Positions 9,588 through 19,432 of a DNA stretch of 61,442 nucleotides are shown in pieces. The notes beneath the pieces are model-generated. The model saw nothing but the letters and a program-made list of their open reading frames with translations, did no database searches and was not told the origin of the DNA. The translations under genes and the position numbers were made by a program. This DNA is from Bifidobacterium breve (GTDB lineage Bacteria; Actinomycetota; Actinomycetes; S36-B12), in NCBI GenBank assembly GCA_945861775.1, contig CAMAVT010000001.1:1-61442 (forward strand), written 5' to 3'. Position 1 is the stretch's first letter, and every line of letters begins with the position of its first letter.

Positions 9588-10126
9588 GATCTCTTCGAGG
9601 CTTACTTCTCGTTCTTGTCTTGGTGAGCAGTGTCGTTCTCTTTCCCGCAAACGCCAACGCTCATGCCAGATTGGTGTCAACAGACCCAGCCGACGGCGCA
9701 TTGCTAACTACCATGCCGGATTCTGTCACATTTACTTTCAACGAAAACATTCTTGAAGGTTCCACCGCTATCGCATTCGTTGATGAACTCGGTTCAGTGA
9801 TTGATTCAAGCCCAGGCACCCTGATGGGTCCCAGCATCACCGCAGCATGGCCCCAACAGGCCTCGCAAGGATCCATTCAAGTTTCCTATCGGGTTGTCTC
9901 AGCCGATGGCCACCCGGTCATGGGATCAATCACTGTCACTCTCGCCGGGACTTCACCTTCGCAACCAGAGACCACAACACCTGCACCAATCCCAGAAGCG
10001 ACACCTTCTACAACCAACAGCTTCCCGCTCCCCGTATCACTGGCAATCGGCATAACAGTGTTGATCGCTCTCGGCGCAGTAATACTCCGCATCACATCCC
10101 AGCGACGAAGACGAGGTTCCCCGTAG
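9584..10126 (+). CDS. copC: CopC-domain protein with a C-terminal membrane anchor
   Basis: Signal ANA|HARLVSTDPADGALLTTMPDSVTFTFNENI, later VSADGHPV. Pro/Thr linker and a terminal TM (LPVSLAIGITVLIALGAVILRI). ATGA overlap with the previous gene. Confidence 0.8.
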   Translation: MRSLRGLLLVLVLVSSVVLFPANANAHARLVSTDPADGALLTTMPDSVTFTFNENILEGSTAIAFVDELGSVIDSSPGTLMGPSITAAWPQQASQGSIQVSYRVVSADGHPVMGSITVTLAGTSPSQPETTTPAPIPEATPSTTNSFPLPVSLAIGITVLIALGAVILRITSQRRRRGSP

Positions 10127-10255
10127 TACCAACATCTGGCGCAGTTTCAATTACCGCTGCCACACCGGCAACCGAATCTTGCTATTGATGAAGAGTGTTG
10201 AGATCGCGGCGAAATCACCCGTAGGAGCAGGTTAGCCGGTTAACTCCCCAAGAAG

Positions 10256-10771
10256 TCAACGCCGCACTTCCCCTGGAATCTCTTTCTCGCCCACTACTAA
10301 AACAACGGCAGCCGGTGCACGTGATGTCGCCACGAATTGGTAGACGCCGGTTTCGGCAGGTGCCCGGTAACGAGCGAGATAAATAAAGTTGGTGTTAAGG
10401 GACGCGTAGTAGAAATCGGTGCGTTCGTTGAATTTAATTGTCATTTTCTTCCCCGAAGGCGAGGTGACCAACAACCGTGGCAGTTGTGTGTTCTTCATCG
10501 CGTTCTCTGGTTTCTTATCCACAATCAAATATTCCACGACTAACTCTTCACCCTTTTTGAGTGCTGCGCGGAAAGCTTTCTTCTGACCTGATTTGGTGAA
10601 GGACGCCTGGATAGCAAATGAGATCGTGCCATCAACGAGCAAAGGACCTGCGCTAGGAGTTGTGTCGCTATCAAGCAAAACCACCGGTGTGTGGGCCCAA
10701 GCCGGTGATGCCATCTGTGGCATAACCATGGCAACTGCGGCAAGTAATGCGATGGGAAATATTCTTTTCAT
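10256..10771 (-). CDS. secreted protein of unknown family; mature N-terminus predicted to start with His
   Basis: Signal peptide MKRIFPIALLAAVAMVMPQMASPAWA|HTPVV. No motif recognised. Confidence 0.5.
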   Translation of the reverse strand: MKRIFPIALLAAVAMVMPQMASPAWAHTPVVLLDSDTTPSAGPLLVDGTISFAIQASFTKSGQKKAFRAALKKGEELVVEYLIVDKKPENAMKNTQLPRLLVTSPSGKKMTIKFNERTDFYYASLNTNFIYLARYRAPAETGVYQFVATSRAPAAVVLVVGEKEIPGEVRR

Positions 10772-10961
10772 CGGCTTTCCTTATTTTTCGTCCTCGATGT
10801 GCTCCAACTGGTTGAGCAACACCAGTCTGCCACCTTCAGCCGTGTTCAGCAGAAGGTTCGTCCGGATTCAAAGACCGGCGCAAATTGCTCGATCTCTGCG
10901 GCGGTAATTCGGATAATGCCATACGTGACGTGCTTAAACTGATTTAATGCATAGAGCACGA

Positions 10962-11348
10962 CTACACCAGTTCCAACGGCACCAAGGTTCCCATTGCGGT
11001 GAAGTCACGGTCGCTCGTCATAAGAGAGCACTCCGTACGCAAAGCGATCGCAACAATCAACGTATCGATGAGTCCCCTTGGAGTAATCCCATTTCGACGG
11101 CAATGAGCGTAGATCTGAGCCGAACTATCAAAATCTGTCGCTGGGTCAATAGGAAGCCAACCAACGGAAGTTCCCAGCCGACGCACGCTGGTGTACTCAA
11201 CCTCATTACGGGTGCCGGCAAGAAGTTCCATGAGGATTGGTTCGGTTGATGCCAAGGGCGTATCGGAGCGCAACATCGAGGCAAGCTCTGGCCCGCGCCC
11301 AACACCTCGCAGCAGGTCTATCCAGACTGACGTGTCAATCAGAATCAT
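10962..11348 (-). CDS. vapC: VapC PIN-domain toxin
   Basis: [13 protein letters not shown]... plus later acidic PIN residues. Overlaps the upstream antitoxin gene. Confidence 0.85.
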   Translation of the reverse strand: MILIDTSVWIDLLRGVGRGPELASMLRSDTPLASTEPILMELLAGTRNEVEYTSVRRLGTSVGWLPIDPATDFDSSAQIYAHCRRNGITPRGLIDTLIVAIALRTECSLMTSDRDFTAMGTLVPLELV

Positions 11349-11559
11349 GGTCAGCGTCCCAAGGTGGCGGTCCGCTTTCCGTGGGTACCGAGAAGTCAGG
11401 AATCGAGCCGAGCATTTCGGCTGCCTGCACTCGCGTTAAAGGCTCGCCCGCCAAGTGACGCAAGGCGTAATCAACTGCTTCGCGCTTTGTCGAAAGCTGG
11501 TATCTCACCATCACACGCTGCACGAGTTCTTCGTCTAAATCAATATTAGTTCGAGCCAT
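11335..11559 (-). CDS. vapB: VapB-type antitoxin
   Basis: [36 protein letters not shown] is the typical VapB N-terminus. Start trimmed to the internal ATG at 11559. Confidence 0.8.
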   Translation of the reverse strand: MARTNIDLDEELVQRVMVRYQLSTKREAVDYALRHLAGEPLTRVQAAEMLGSIPDFSVPTESGPPPWDADHDSD

Positions 11560-11681
11560 GTGAACAACCATACACCTAGTTGGTGTATACGAGCCGGCAT
11601 CCAATTTTCATTCACATCACGGGGCAACGTGTCAGGCCCCAAAGTAAGACTGCCCTTAACACACCAACTCAAGGGGGAATC

Positions 11682-11987
11682 ATGGAATCACGTTCTGAAC
11701 GCACCACCAACACATTGATGCTGATTGTCGGCATCCCGCTAGGAACCCTGCTAATGATCTGGACCGCCTGGATAACAGTCACAGCTTTCATCGGTGGTCA
11801 AGCACCGTTCTTCTTTCTGGACTTCGACGGATTCAATCCAATCCGCGGCCTCTTCTGGCTGATAATCGTTGACCCCATAGTCCTCACCGTCGCCTACTGG
11901 ATCTTTATGCTCCTCATGCTGCCACTCATTGGACTTGCAGCAGGTGCCTCCGCTCTAACTGACCGTAAGCGCAACAAGGGGGCATAA
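11682..11987 (+). CDS. small membrane protein (about 3 TM)
   Basis: ATG 11682 preceded by AAGGGGGAA. The product is hydrophobic, with a basic C-terminus. Confidence 0.5.
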   Translation: MESRSERTTNTLMLIVGIPLGTLLMIWTAWITVTAFIGGQAPFFFLDFDGFNPIRGLFWLIIVDPIVLTVAYWIFMLLMLPLIGLAAGASALTDRKRNKGA

Positions 11988-12046
11988 AGAAATTTCAGGC
12001 GAATCCTCTATATTCAGTTTTATAACAAATTGATGTATGGGGGAAT

Positions 12047-13177
12047 GTGATGGCTGTTGTTTGCGATGCGCTCAGTGTGATCGTTCGGGTTTGGACCTTA
12101 AACAATCGATGGCCTGGAGGGGTTGAGGGCTACAAGGAAAATGCGCCCAATGGAACCTTCTGCACTGACGGGGTACTCACTCGCCTTGGGTTCATGACAC
12201 CGATTGATGTGCAGGTTTGGATTGACCGGCTGCAGGATCAGGGCTTGGTTTTTGTTAAAGAGTCAATGGGCAGAGCAGAAGCCGATGACATAGTCGTCAT
12301 TGACCAGAACGCTGGCCCGACATGCTACTGCCAGTGGATTCTCACTGAGGTACGTGACGGTGTTCGATGGACGTGGCAAAACGGGCGCGAGCCAGGTGAA
12401 CTTGCAGCGCCTGAGGGTTGGAAACCCGCAGACAGTACTAGTCTGGACTTTCACTCTTTCGATGAAGCGCTCACACTTCCGTGGGACAGAGTGGGCGATC
12501 TATGGCTGACTATCGACTCCGATACAGGAGAGACTCTTTACACTGCAGTGCCCGTGGAAAAGACAAAAAGTTACGAAGAACTCATTGCCCATGCTCGTCG
12601 CTTACTTCAAATCGAAAAACCTGACATTGCTCACCAAGAAATCCTCTACGCACAAAAACGTCGGGCACTCACACCAGAGCATCAGGCCTTAGCTGCCCAA
12701 ATCTGCACAGGCTGGGCACTGCAACTTGAGGATCTGGACTCGAGTGAGAGTAAAAACCAAATTGATGCGCTTTGGCTAGAAGCAGTCCAGCGATGGAAAG
12801 AAGCTACAGATCTGGGCGCAGGGCCCGTTGATTTCACGCAATGGACCGGGCGAGCACTCGCCGAATTCCGTTCAGGTGATTTCCACTCATCCCGCTGGTC
12901 GCTCGCTAAAGCCTTTGCGTTGGAGCGCCCCAATTCATTCACCCTACTTCTTCTAGCGCGAATATCTTTGGCGCAAGGTCGAACAGAACAATCCGTGCTT
13001 ACGTTATCCGCGCGCGCTTGGGACCTTGCTGATCAAGTTAACGACGAATACATGATTGATGAGATTGTAGATTTTCGTCAATCCACACGAAGGAAATACG
13101 GGCTAGCCCGTAGGCATGCTGCAACCCGAATCTTCAGACCCGGATTGGAATATCGCGCACCCAATAACAATGAATGA
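12047..13177 (+). CDS. hypothetical protein (unrecognised N-domain plus helical, TPR-like C-half)
   Basis: 376-aa ORF with no recognisable catalytic motif. First gene of the AT-richer segment. Confidence 0.5.
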   Translation: MMAVVCDALSVIVRVWTLNNRWPGGVEGYKENAPNGTFCTDGVLTRLGFMTPIDVQVWIDRLQDQGLVFVKESMGRAEADDIVVIDQNAGPTCYCQWILTEVRDGVRWTWQNGREPGELAAPEGWKPADSTSLDFHSFDEALTLPWDRVGDLWLTIDSDTGETLYTAVPVEKTKSYEELIAHARRLLQIEKPDIAHQEILYAQKRRALTPEHQALAAQICTGWALQLEDLDSSESKNQIDALWLEAVQRWKEATDLGAGPVDFTQWTGRALAEFRSGDFHSSRWSLAKAFALERPNSFTLLLLARISLAQGRTEQSVLTLSARAWDLADQVNDEYMIDEIVDFRQSTRRKYGLARRHAATRIFRPGLEYRAPNNNE

Positions 13178-13386
13178 CAGCGGCTAAAGAAAAGAAAACT
13201 AACCTGTTAACCAAACTAAAGGAGTTGCTTCGAGTCCGTACTGCGTATCAACAGAATTTCTCTGCAGTAAGGGGCGCTGACAGATCTTTGACTCTGCTTG
13301 AGGGAGATCTTTTATTCCCCTTAATGAATTTTGCAGCAAGGTGTGACACGTGCGCACACATGCAGAGCGATGCCTTACATCCCTGA
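13174..13386 (+). CDS. possible small ORF coupled to the preceding gene
   Basis: ATGA overlap with the stop of 12047..13177. 70 aa, no homology recognised. Its 3' end overlaps the convergent exonuclease gene by 12 nt. Confidence 0.25.
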   Translation: MTAAKEKKTNLLTKLKELLRVRTAYQQNFSAVRGADRSLTLLEGDLLFPLMNFAARCDTCAHMQSDALHP

Positions 13387-14520
13387 AGATCCAATTGATT
13401 CAAGAAATTCGTCGATGCTCATGACTGGAATACCCCACTTGCGCGCATTGCCCGCCTTGCCCGAACTGGTTGTGGTGTCAGATGCAACAAGTAGATCGCA
13501 GCCGGACTTTGAGACAGAGCCAATGGGTTGCAGGCCTGCGGCAGCGGACATCTGAGCAAGTTGTTCCTTCGTGATTTCATTGCCACCAACAGTGAACTTG
13601 CCGGTGAAACAGACTCGAGCTCCAGACAAGGACAAAATCTTTGGGACCTCTGTAGGGATGGGAATGACACTCAAGTCTGTTCCTAATGCTGAGCTCACTA
13701 TCGAAATAAGTTCATGTTCTTCCACGGTAATGACCGAGTCTCTCCCAGCTGCCGCGATCAAGGAATTTACATACGCCTGGTGCAATTCATTCTGGCGAGC
13801 GGCATCAAATCCATAGTCAATAGCCAAGTCCTGCAATGCCAGTAATTCGACTTCATCCATTACGAGATCATCTAGATACATGTCCACGACATCCAAGTAG
13901 CTGGCGGCCAGATCATTCGCCGTGGGGTATCGCAAGGTGGCGCGTACCCGATTCAGCGGCATGATGAGGCCACCGACAGAGTCCCTCCGGAGGGTTCGGG
14001 AGTCTGCCGTTGAGTAATCCCCCGCGACATGTACGGGTATCACTTCATTCGGAAGCTCCAACATTCTCACAAGGTGGGCTGTAGCTCGCGCATCGGCTAG
14101 CGCGCGGTGATGTCCTTCGAAAGAAATCCCGTATCGAGAGCACGCAAGATCAAGTTTTTCTCCGGTCAATTTCAGTGTGCAAACTCCTGACCCCGCATCA
14201 AGGCTAAGTTGAGTATGCGAGAACTCAGTTCTAAGGAATCGCGCATCGAATGGAAGGTTATGGGCAACCAATACCGTGCCATTGAGTATGGACGCTAGTT
14301 GCGAAGAAACCTCTACAAATGTGGGGGCTGCCTGAACCATGGATGGCGTTATCCCGTGCACATGAGTGGCACCAATGTCCCTCTGCGGGTTGATCAGCGT
14401 GTCGTATTCATCGATCACTTCAAGAGTAATCCCATCAAGGACAACAACTGCCATTTCTACCACACGATCAGTTTTTCCGAACCCAGTTGTTTCAACATCA
14501 ATGATTGCGAAGTTTGTCAT
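13375..14520 (-). CDS. DEDDh (DnaQ-like) 3'-5' exonuclease with a C-terminal BRCT domain
   Basis: Exo motifs IIDVETTGF, VAHNLPFDARFL, HRALADARATAHL. BRCT-like tail VCFTGKF...DLLVASD...KAGNARKWGIPVMSIDEFL. Starts 17 bp after the Type ISP stop, same strand. Confidence 0.8.
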   Translation of the reverse strand: MTNFAIIDVETTGFGKTDRVVEMAVVVLDGITLEVIDEYDTLINPQRDIGATHVHGITPSMVQAAPTFVEVSSQLASILNGTVLVAHNLPFDARFLRTEFSHTQLSLDAGSGVCTLKLTGEKLDLACSRYGISFEGHHRALADARATAHLVRMLELPNEVIPVHVAGDYSTADSRTLRRDSVGGLIMPLNRVRATLRYPTANDLAASYLDVVDMYLDDLVMDEVELLALQDLAIDYGFDAARQNELHQAYVNSLIAAAGRDSVITVEEHELISIVSSALGTDLSVIPIPTEVPKILSLSGARVCFTGKFTVGGNEITKEQLAQMSAAAGLQPIGSVSKSGCDLLVASDTTTSSGKAGNARKWGIPVMSIDEFLESIGSSGM

Positions 14521-14537
14521 GAATCCCCATTTCTAAA

Positions 14538-17500
14538 CTACTCAATGATTTCAAGTTTAGGCAGGCTGTCAATGATGGCAACTGATTCCATACTGACTCT
14601 CACCATTCGAGCAACTAAATCGATGATGTAGCGGGGGTCATCACTGTAGAGGTTCGGGTCGTTGAGGATTTGTGAATCTTTCTCAATTTTTACTTGGTAA
14701 CGGTCAATGAGCCATTCAATAGCTGATTTCCCATTGACCGTGTAGCGGTAGGCGTCTTCAGGTATCCCTGCGAGTGTGTAGTGGCTATTCACAATGATGG
14801 CCGATTTAGGGTGGTCACCTGCCGACCTGGCGAACTTCATTTTCTCTACGCGTAGTGATGCGGCGCTGGCGTTCGCGGGAGGTAAGCCTTCAAGTTCCCA
14901 AGGTTCCACAGTTTCATAGTTTAGGTGCCATTCGGCCAGAGAGCGGCCTGCCTTGCTGAACCCCCAGACATCCTTGACTAGCGGGATTCGGGGCATCATT
15001 TTGCTGAGGTCTGCCTGATAGCGGTAAATGTATTCGCGGCTGTTAAGGAGGCCGTAGACAAAGTAGAAGATGTCCTCCTTCGTTAGTTCACTCCCATACT
15101 GTTTCTGGTATCGAGCGAGAGTGAAGTCAGTTATGGCGTCATGTTTCCTGAAACGATGAGACTCTTCACTCTCAAAAAGGCTTCCCTCCCCACTCAATTC
15201 CTCATAGACATACAAGGGAAAATAGTGGCCGGGGTCGCTTAGTGTCAGGCTCGGTGCTACTCGGGTAATTAAGGCACCAAAAGGTTTTCTCTGGTCCGCA
15301 ACGTTAACCGATATTCCTATATTCTCCGAATCGACATTGGGGAAAAGTCGGGGGATTTGGTACACCCGATGATTTAATTGCCGGTCGAGATATAAGAACT
15401 GCTTGAAATAAGGCCGATACATCGCCGTGACAATATTCTTTCCTGAAAATGTCGCAGGATTATCCTTTCGCAGGTCCCTAATTAACTCGCTTGTCCAACT
15501 AATTTTCTTGGGGTCGCTTGCATTGGAAATGAACGCCTTTGTTGCCGATTCATCCCTTGGAACTTGCCTTTGTGCACAGTATTCAGTCAATTCCGCGCAC
15601 TGATTGTTGTAGTAGTCGATCATGCGAGCCATATTTGAAGCCAATTCTGATTGGGACGAGTTAACTGCCCATGCGTCGCGATTAGTTTGGACGCCAGAGG
15701 AATAAACATCAAAGAGCGGCTTTGCTGTTTTGTCTCTCTTGTCACCAAGAACCTGATAGGTCTCGTATGTTTCACTGCGCTGATTAATCCAGTCACCTGA
15801 ATCATTTGGTGTGAGTCTTTCCCAGACTCCAGCAGAGACCAATTTTTGTGTATCGATGATTGCGAGTTTTTCTTCGCGGTTGAGGTAGTCACCGATGTCT
15901 TGGTAGTGAATCTGGGCTTGACCTTTATGTCCTTGTTTGCGAACAAGAATTGTAATGGCTACGGGTGTCCGGGAGCCACTGCCAAAGATTTTGCCACCCT
16001 CCTGTCTTGACTTTTCACCTGAGGTTCTTTGGTTCCCTCTGAGGTTAAATACCCAGATGGAACTGAATTCGTTGCTTAAGGATTTCCTGAATCCGTCCGT
16101 CGCGGAACCGTCCACCCAAGCACCGTTAGTCACAAAGGCGACTACTCCGTGGTCGCCGATGCGGTCGGATGCCCAGCGGAATGCGCGAATGTAGGAGTCG
16201 TACAGGGAGTTGAGATTTGTTCCAGTAGAGCGTTCTGTGTAGGTCTTCCGAATACGTCCATCAAGGGTCGGGTAGACCACATTCTTATTACCTTCGTTCT
16301 CTGAGCCCTGCCCAACAGAGTAGGGAGGGTTGCCGACGATAACGCGGATGGGTGCCTTTTTTTGTGCTTCAACCCGTTCGTTGTTGATGGGGAATATGAG
16401 TTTGTCATCGGCATCTCCGTCTTCAAACATTTGGAATGTGTCTGTAAGGACGATACCGTCAAATGGTTCATATTTGCCACCGTGAACACCGTGATATGTG
16501 GCTTCAATATTGATGGCGGCGATGTAGTAGGCGAGAAGAACGATTTCGTTGGCGTGAAGTTCCTTACGGTATTTACGTTCCATCGCATTCGGGTCGATGA
16601 GCCCTGACTGAATGAGTCGCGCGATAAATGTCCCTGTTCCCGTGAATGGGTCAAGGACGTGGACTCCCTCGGTAGAGAGGTCAGTGCTGAATTCTGATTT
16701 GAGTACGGCTTGGACGCTGTTGAGAATGTAGTCAACTACTTCTATCGGGGTGTAAACAATTCCCAGTTTGTCTGCCACTCGAGGGAAGGCGTTTTTGAAG
16801 AACTTTTCATACAACTCAATAATGATGCGTTGTTTACCTTCAGCGTTGTCTATGCCTGAAGCCCGCATCCGCACAGATTCATAAAACTTGTCCAGCGTCT
16901 CGGACTCTTTTTCCAGTGAATGTTCATCCAGGGCATCCAGCATCCGTTCCATAACTTGGGAAACGGGATTCGCTGCAGCGAATGAGTAGTCCTCAAAGAG
17001 GGCGTCAAAGACGGGTTTGGTGATTAGGTGTTGGGCAAGCATTTCAATGGCGTCATCCCGGCTAATACTGTCGTTCAGGTTCCCTCGGAGACCCAACAGG
17101 AATGCGTCAAACTCTGCTTCCAGTTTGGTGTTGTTGTTGTCGAGCAGCGCTTGGATTCGGGTGACGTGGCGTTCTGCGATTTGGGCTATATCTTTCGCCC
17201 AGTCTTCCCAGTAGCGCCTGTCTCCCACTTTTTGAACGAGTTTCGCAAGAATGGCATCACGCCACAAATCCATGTTGGGAAATATGAACGCCTCTTGGAC
17301 CCCTGTCGTTGTGTCGGTCGGTTCGCCATCCCCGTCATCGTTGGGGTCGCCTACTCCGATGACCTGAATTTTATTAGCGGCGTTTTTGTTTAGGTCAATT
17401 TTGTTGACCATTGCGTTGAATCGGTCATCATGGGCGCGTAAGGCTTGTAGTACTTGCCAGACGACTTTGTATCTTTGATGGTCAGCGAGGGCTTCCTCTG

Positions 17501-19328
17501 GGGTCATACCCGCTGGGATACCGATGGGCAAAATGACGTAGCCGTATTTCTTATCTTTATGTTTGCGCATTACGCGGCCAACGGACTGCACAACATCAAC
17601 GGTGGAGTTACGCGGGTTTAGGAACAGGACTGCATCAAGGGCTGGAACGTCCACGCCCTCTGAAAGACAACGTGCGTTGGAGAGGATTCGGCAGGTGTTC
17701 TCTGGCGATTCAGCCTTGAGCCAGTCGAGCCGCTCATTTCGTTGCAACACATTAAACGTTCCATCAACGTGCTGTGTTTCACAAAGGAGTAAGTCAGGGT
17801 CATCCGTAGCTGCTGTGTAATGATTCACAATTTCACCAAACATATCGACCAGCCGTTGTGAGTCTTTAATGCTTCTGGCGAAAGCAACCGCCCGACTCAT
17901 TGGGATGGGATCTTCGATGTTTTCGGGATCTTCCAGTTCACCGTCGGGGCCAGTTTGGAGTACCCGTCGTTTAGAAAGCCCGTTCCAGCAGCCAATAATT
18001 TTGGCTGCGTCATCAAGTTTGAGTTCGTGGTTCTCATCAGCAAGTTGCTCTTGGAATGCTCTTGCGATGTATGACTCGTCAACTGCCAAAACCAGGACCT
18101 TGTAGTCGGATAAAAGGTCACGTTCGACTGCTTCACCAAAACCAAGACGGTAAAACTCTGGGCCGAAAACGCTCTCGTCGTCCATCGACGCAATCACCGC
18201 ACCGATTTCATCCGCTTTCGATTTTGAGTCATCAGAAAACAACCGAGGAGTTGCCGTCATGTAGAGGCGTTTCTTGCCTTTAACGAAATCAGCGTCATGG
18301 ACGCGAACAAAATTAGATTCATCATTTTCTGCGAGTGTTACACCCGTGGTGCGGTGGGCTTCATCGCAAATGATCAAATCAAAATCAGGTAAACCGTCGG
18401 CTTGTGCCTCAGCTACAACTTGGATTGACTGATAGGTAGCAAAGATGACTGTTAGTTTTCCTTCCGAATGTGCTGTGGCGTGCTGGGCAAGACGCATCGG
18501 GTTAGTTGTTGCTGGGTACTGCAAATCGTGGACACTAATGTCCTCTTGTTTCTTACCAATTTTCGTATCCGAGCACACCGCAAATGAGCGCAATGGAATT
18601 TCTGAATAGTTCGTCCACTCACGCAGAGTCTGCTGCAGCAAGGAAATGCTCGGGACAAGAAATAGGACTCTTCCGCCAACTCCTGCCAAGTGTTCAGCGA
18701 TTCGCAGCGACGTGAACGTTTTACCCGTACCGCAGGCCATAATCATTTTGCCTCGGTCACTCGTTTTGAAGCCCTCTGAAACGCTCTCCAATGCTTCCAC
18801 CTGATGGGCACGTAACTCACGCGGAGCGAAATGCTCCAAAGCACTTGGCTGGTCAGCCTTATAAGTTGACCAATCCAGCGTGGATTCTGCAAGGTCCATC
18901 AGGCGAACCCTTGTTACGGGTATTTGTTGACCTTCGAGTGCTTCTTCCGCTTTCGTCGACCAGTGGTCAGTCGTAGAAATAATCATCCGCTGGCTAAATG
19001 GCGCCTTACCTGATTCTGTAAAGAAGGAATCAATATCACCTTTCTGGAGCGCGTGGGCAGGGTCATAAAACTTGGCTTGAATCGCCCACAATTCACTCGT
19101 CTCAGATTCACGGGCAACAAGATCAATGCCCGCATCCCCACGGCCGTCACGGTCAGGCCAATCCGACCACATCCAGACGTCCGAGAACTTCTCCGCCCAC
19201 ATTGAATCCTTTACAAGGAATTCCTTCACAAGGCGTTCAAACGCCGTGCCCTTGTCGCGTTCAGACTGCGCAGCTTGCCGGATATTGGTGAGCACCCCTT
19301 GGAGAGCTTGTGCATTGTTATCTGCCAC
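14538..19328 (-). CDS. Type ISP restriction-modification enzyme (single polypeptide: Mrr-like nuclease, SF2 translocase, N6-adenine methyltransferase, target-recognition domain)
   Basis: 1596 aa. N-terminal PD-(D/E)xK-like block GIDLVA...WAIQAKFY. Walker A MACGTGKT and DEAH box LIICDEAHRT. Methyltransferase motif IV VIVGNPPYSVGQ. Long C-terminal region. Same order and size as LlaGI/LlaBIII-type enzymes. Confidence 0.85.
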   Translation of the reverse strand: MADNNAQALQGVLTNIRQAAQSERDKGTAFERLVKEFLVKDSMWAEKFSDVWMWSDWPDRDGRGDAGIDLVARESETSELWAIQAKFYDPAHALQKGDIDSFFTESGKAPFSQRMIISTTDHWSTKAEEALEGQQIPVTRVRLMDLAESTLDWSTYKADQPSALEHFAPRELRAHQVEALESVSEGFKTSDRGKMIMACGTGKTFTSLRIAEHLAGVGGRVLFLVPSISLLQQTLREWTNYSEIPLRSFAVCSDTKIGKKQEDISVHDLQYPATTNPMRLAQHATAHSEGKLTVIFATYQSIQVVAEAQADGLPDFDLIICDEAHRTTGVTLAENDESNFVRVHDADFVKGKKRLYMTATPRLFSDDSKSKADEIGAVIASMDDESVFGPEFYRLGFGEAVERDLLSDYKVLVLAVDESYIARAFQEQLADENHELKLDDAAKIIGCWNGLSKRRVLQTGPDGELEDPENIEDPIPMSRAVAFARSIKDSQRLVDMFGEIVNHYTAATDDPDLLLCETQHVDGTFNVLQRNERLDWLKAESPENTCRILSNARCLSEGVDVPALDAVLFLNPRNSTVDVVQSVGRVMRKHKDKKYGYVILPIGIPAGMTPEEALADHQRYKVVWQVLQALRAHDDRFNAMVNKIDLNKNAANKIQVIGVGDPNDDGDGEPTDTTTGVQEAFIFPNMDLWRDAILAKLVQKVGDRRYWEDWAKDIAQIAERHVTRIQALLDNNNTKLEAEFDAFLLGLRGNLNDSISRDDAIEMLAQHLITKPVFDALFEDYSFAAANPVSQVMERMLDALDEHSLEKESETLDKFYESVRMRASGIDNAEGKQRIIIELYEKFFKNAFPRVADKLGIVYTPIEVVDYILNSVQAVLKSEFSTDLSTEGVHVLDPFTGTGTFIARLIQSGLIDPNAMERKYRKELHANEIVLLAYYIAAINIEATYHGVHGGKYEPFDGIVLTDTFQMFEDGDADDKLIFPINNERVEAQKKAPIRVIVGNPPYSVGQGSENEGNKNVVYPTLDGRIRKTYTERSTGTNLNSLYDSYIRAFRWASDRIGDHGVVAFVTNGAWVDGSATDGFRKSLSNEFSSIWVFNLRGNQRTSGEKSRQEGGKIFGSGSRTPVAITILVRKQGHKGQAQIHYQDIGDYLNREEKLAIIDTQKLVSAGVWERLTPNDSGDWINQRSETYETYQVLGDKRDKTAKPLFDVYSSGVQTNRDAWAVNSSQSELASNMARMIDYYNNQCAELTEYCAQRQVPRDESATKAFISNASDPKKISWTSELIRDLRKDNPATFSGKNIVTAMYRPYFKQFLYLDRQLNHRVYQIPRLFPNVDSENIGISVNVADQRKPFGALITRVAPSLTLSDPGHYFPLYVYEELSGEGSLFESEESHRFRKHDAITDFTLARYQKQYGSELTKEDIFYFVYGLLNSREYIYRYQADLSKMMPRIPLVKDVWGFSKAGRSLAEWHLNYETVEPWELEGLPPANASAASLRVEKMKFARSAGDHPKSAIIVNSHYTLAGIPEDAYRYTVNGKSAIEWLIDRYQVKIEKDSQILNDPNLYSDDPRYIIDLVARMVRVSMESVAIIDSLPKLEIIE

Positions 19329-19432
19329 CGCAATTTTCCTTTGTTTGATTTATCGGCAAGCCCTTATTCTAGTTGTTGAGCCCTGGGAATCCTGTTTGAG
19401 CAGAGCAAGATCGAAGCAGATTCCCATAAAGT

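Noticed and set aside
10781-10959. Possible small gene between VapC and the secreted protein: a 37-codon ORF (GTG 10959, VLYALNQFKHVTYGIIRITAAEIEQFAPVFESGRTFC*) continued in another frame by ...LLNTAEGGRLVLLNQLEHIEDEK*
   Set aside because: It needs a frameshift near 10850 to make a ~64-aa product. No family was recognised and no RBS is evident. It could be a decayed gene remnant, but the evidence is too weak to annotate.
15620-18679. Several 60-197-aa ORFs on both strands inside the Type ISP gene (for example 15620..15946, 16142..16735, 17897..18193)
   Set aside because: They are alternative-frame or antisense ORFs embedded in a 1596-codon gene with clear motifs. They have low-complexity, Ser/Thr/Arg-rich translations.
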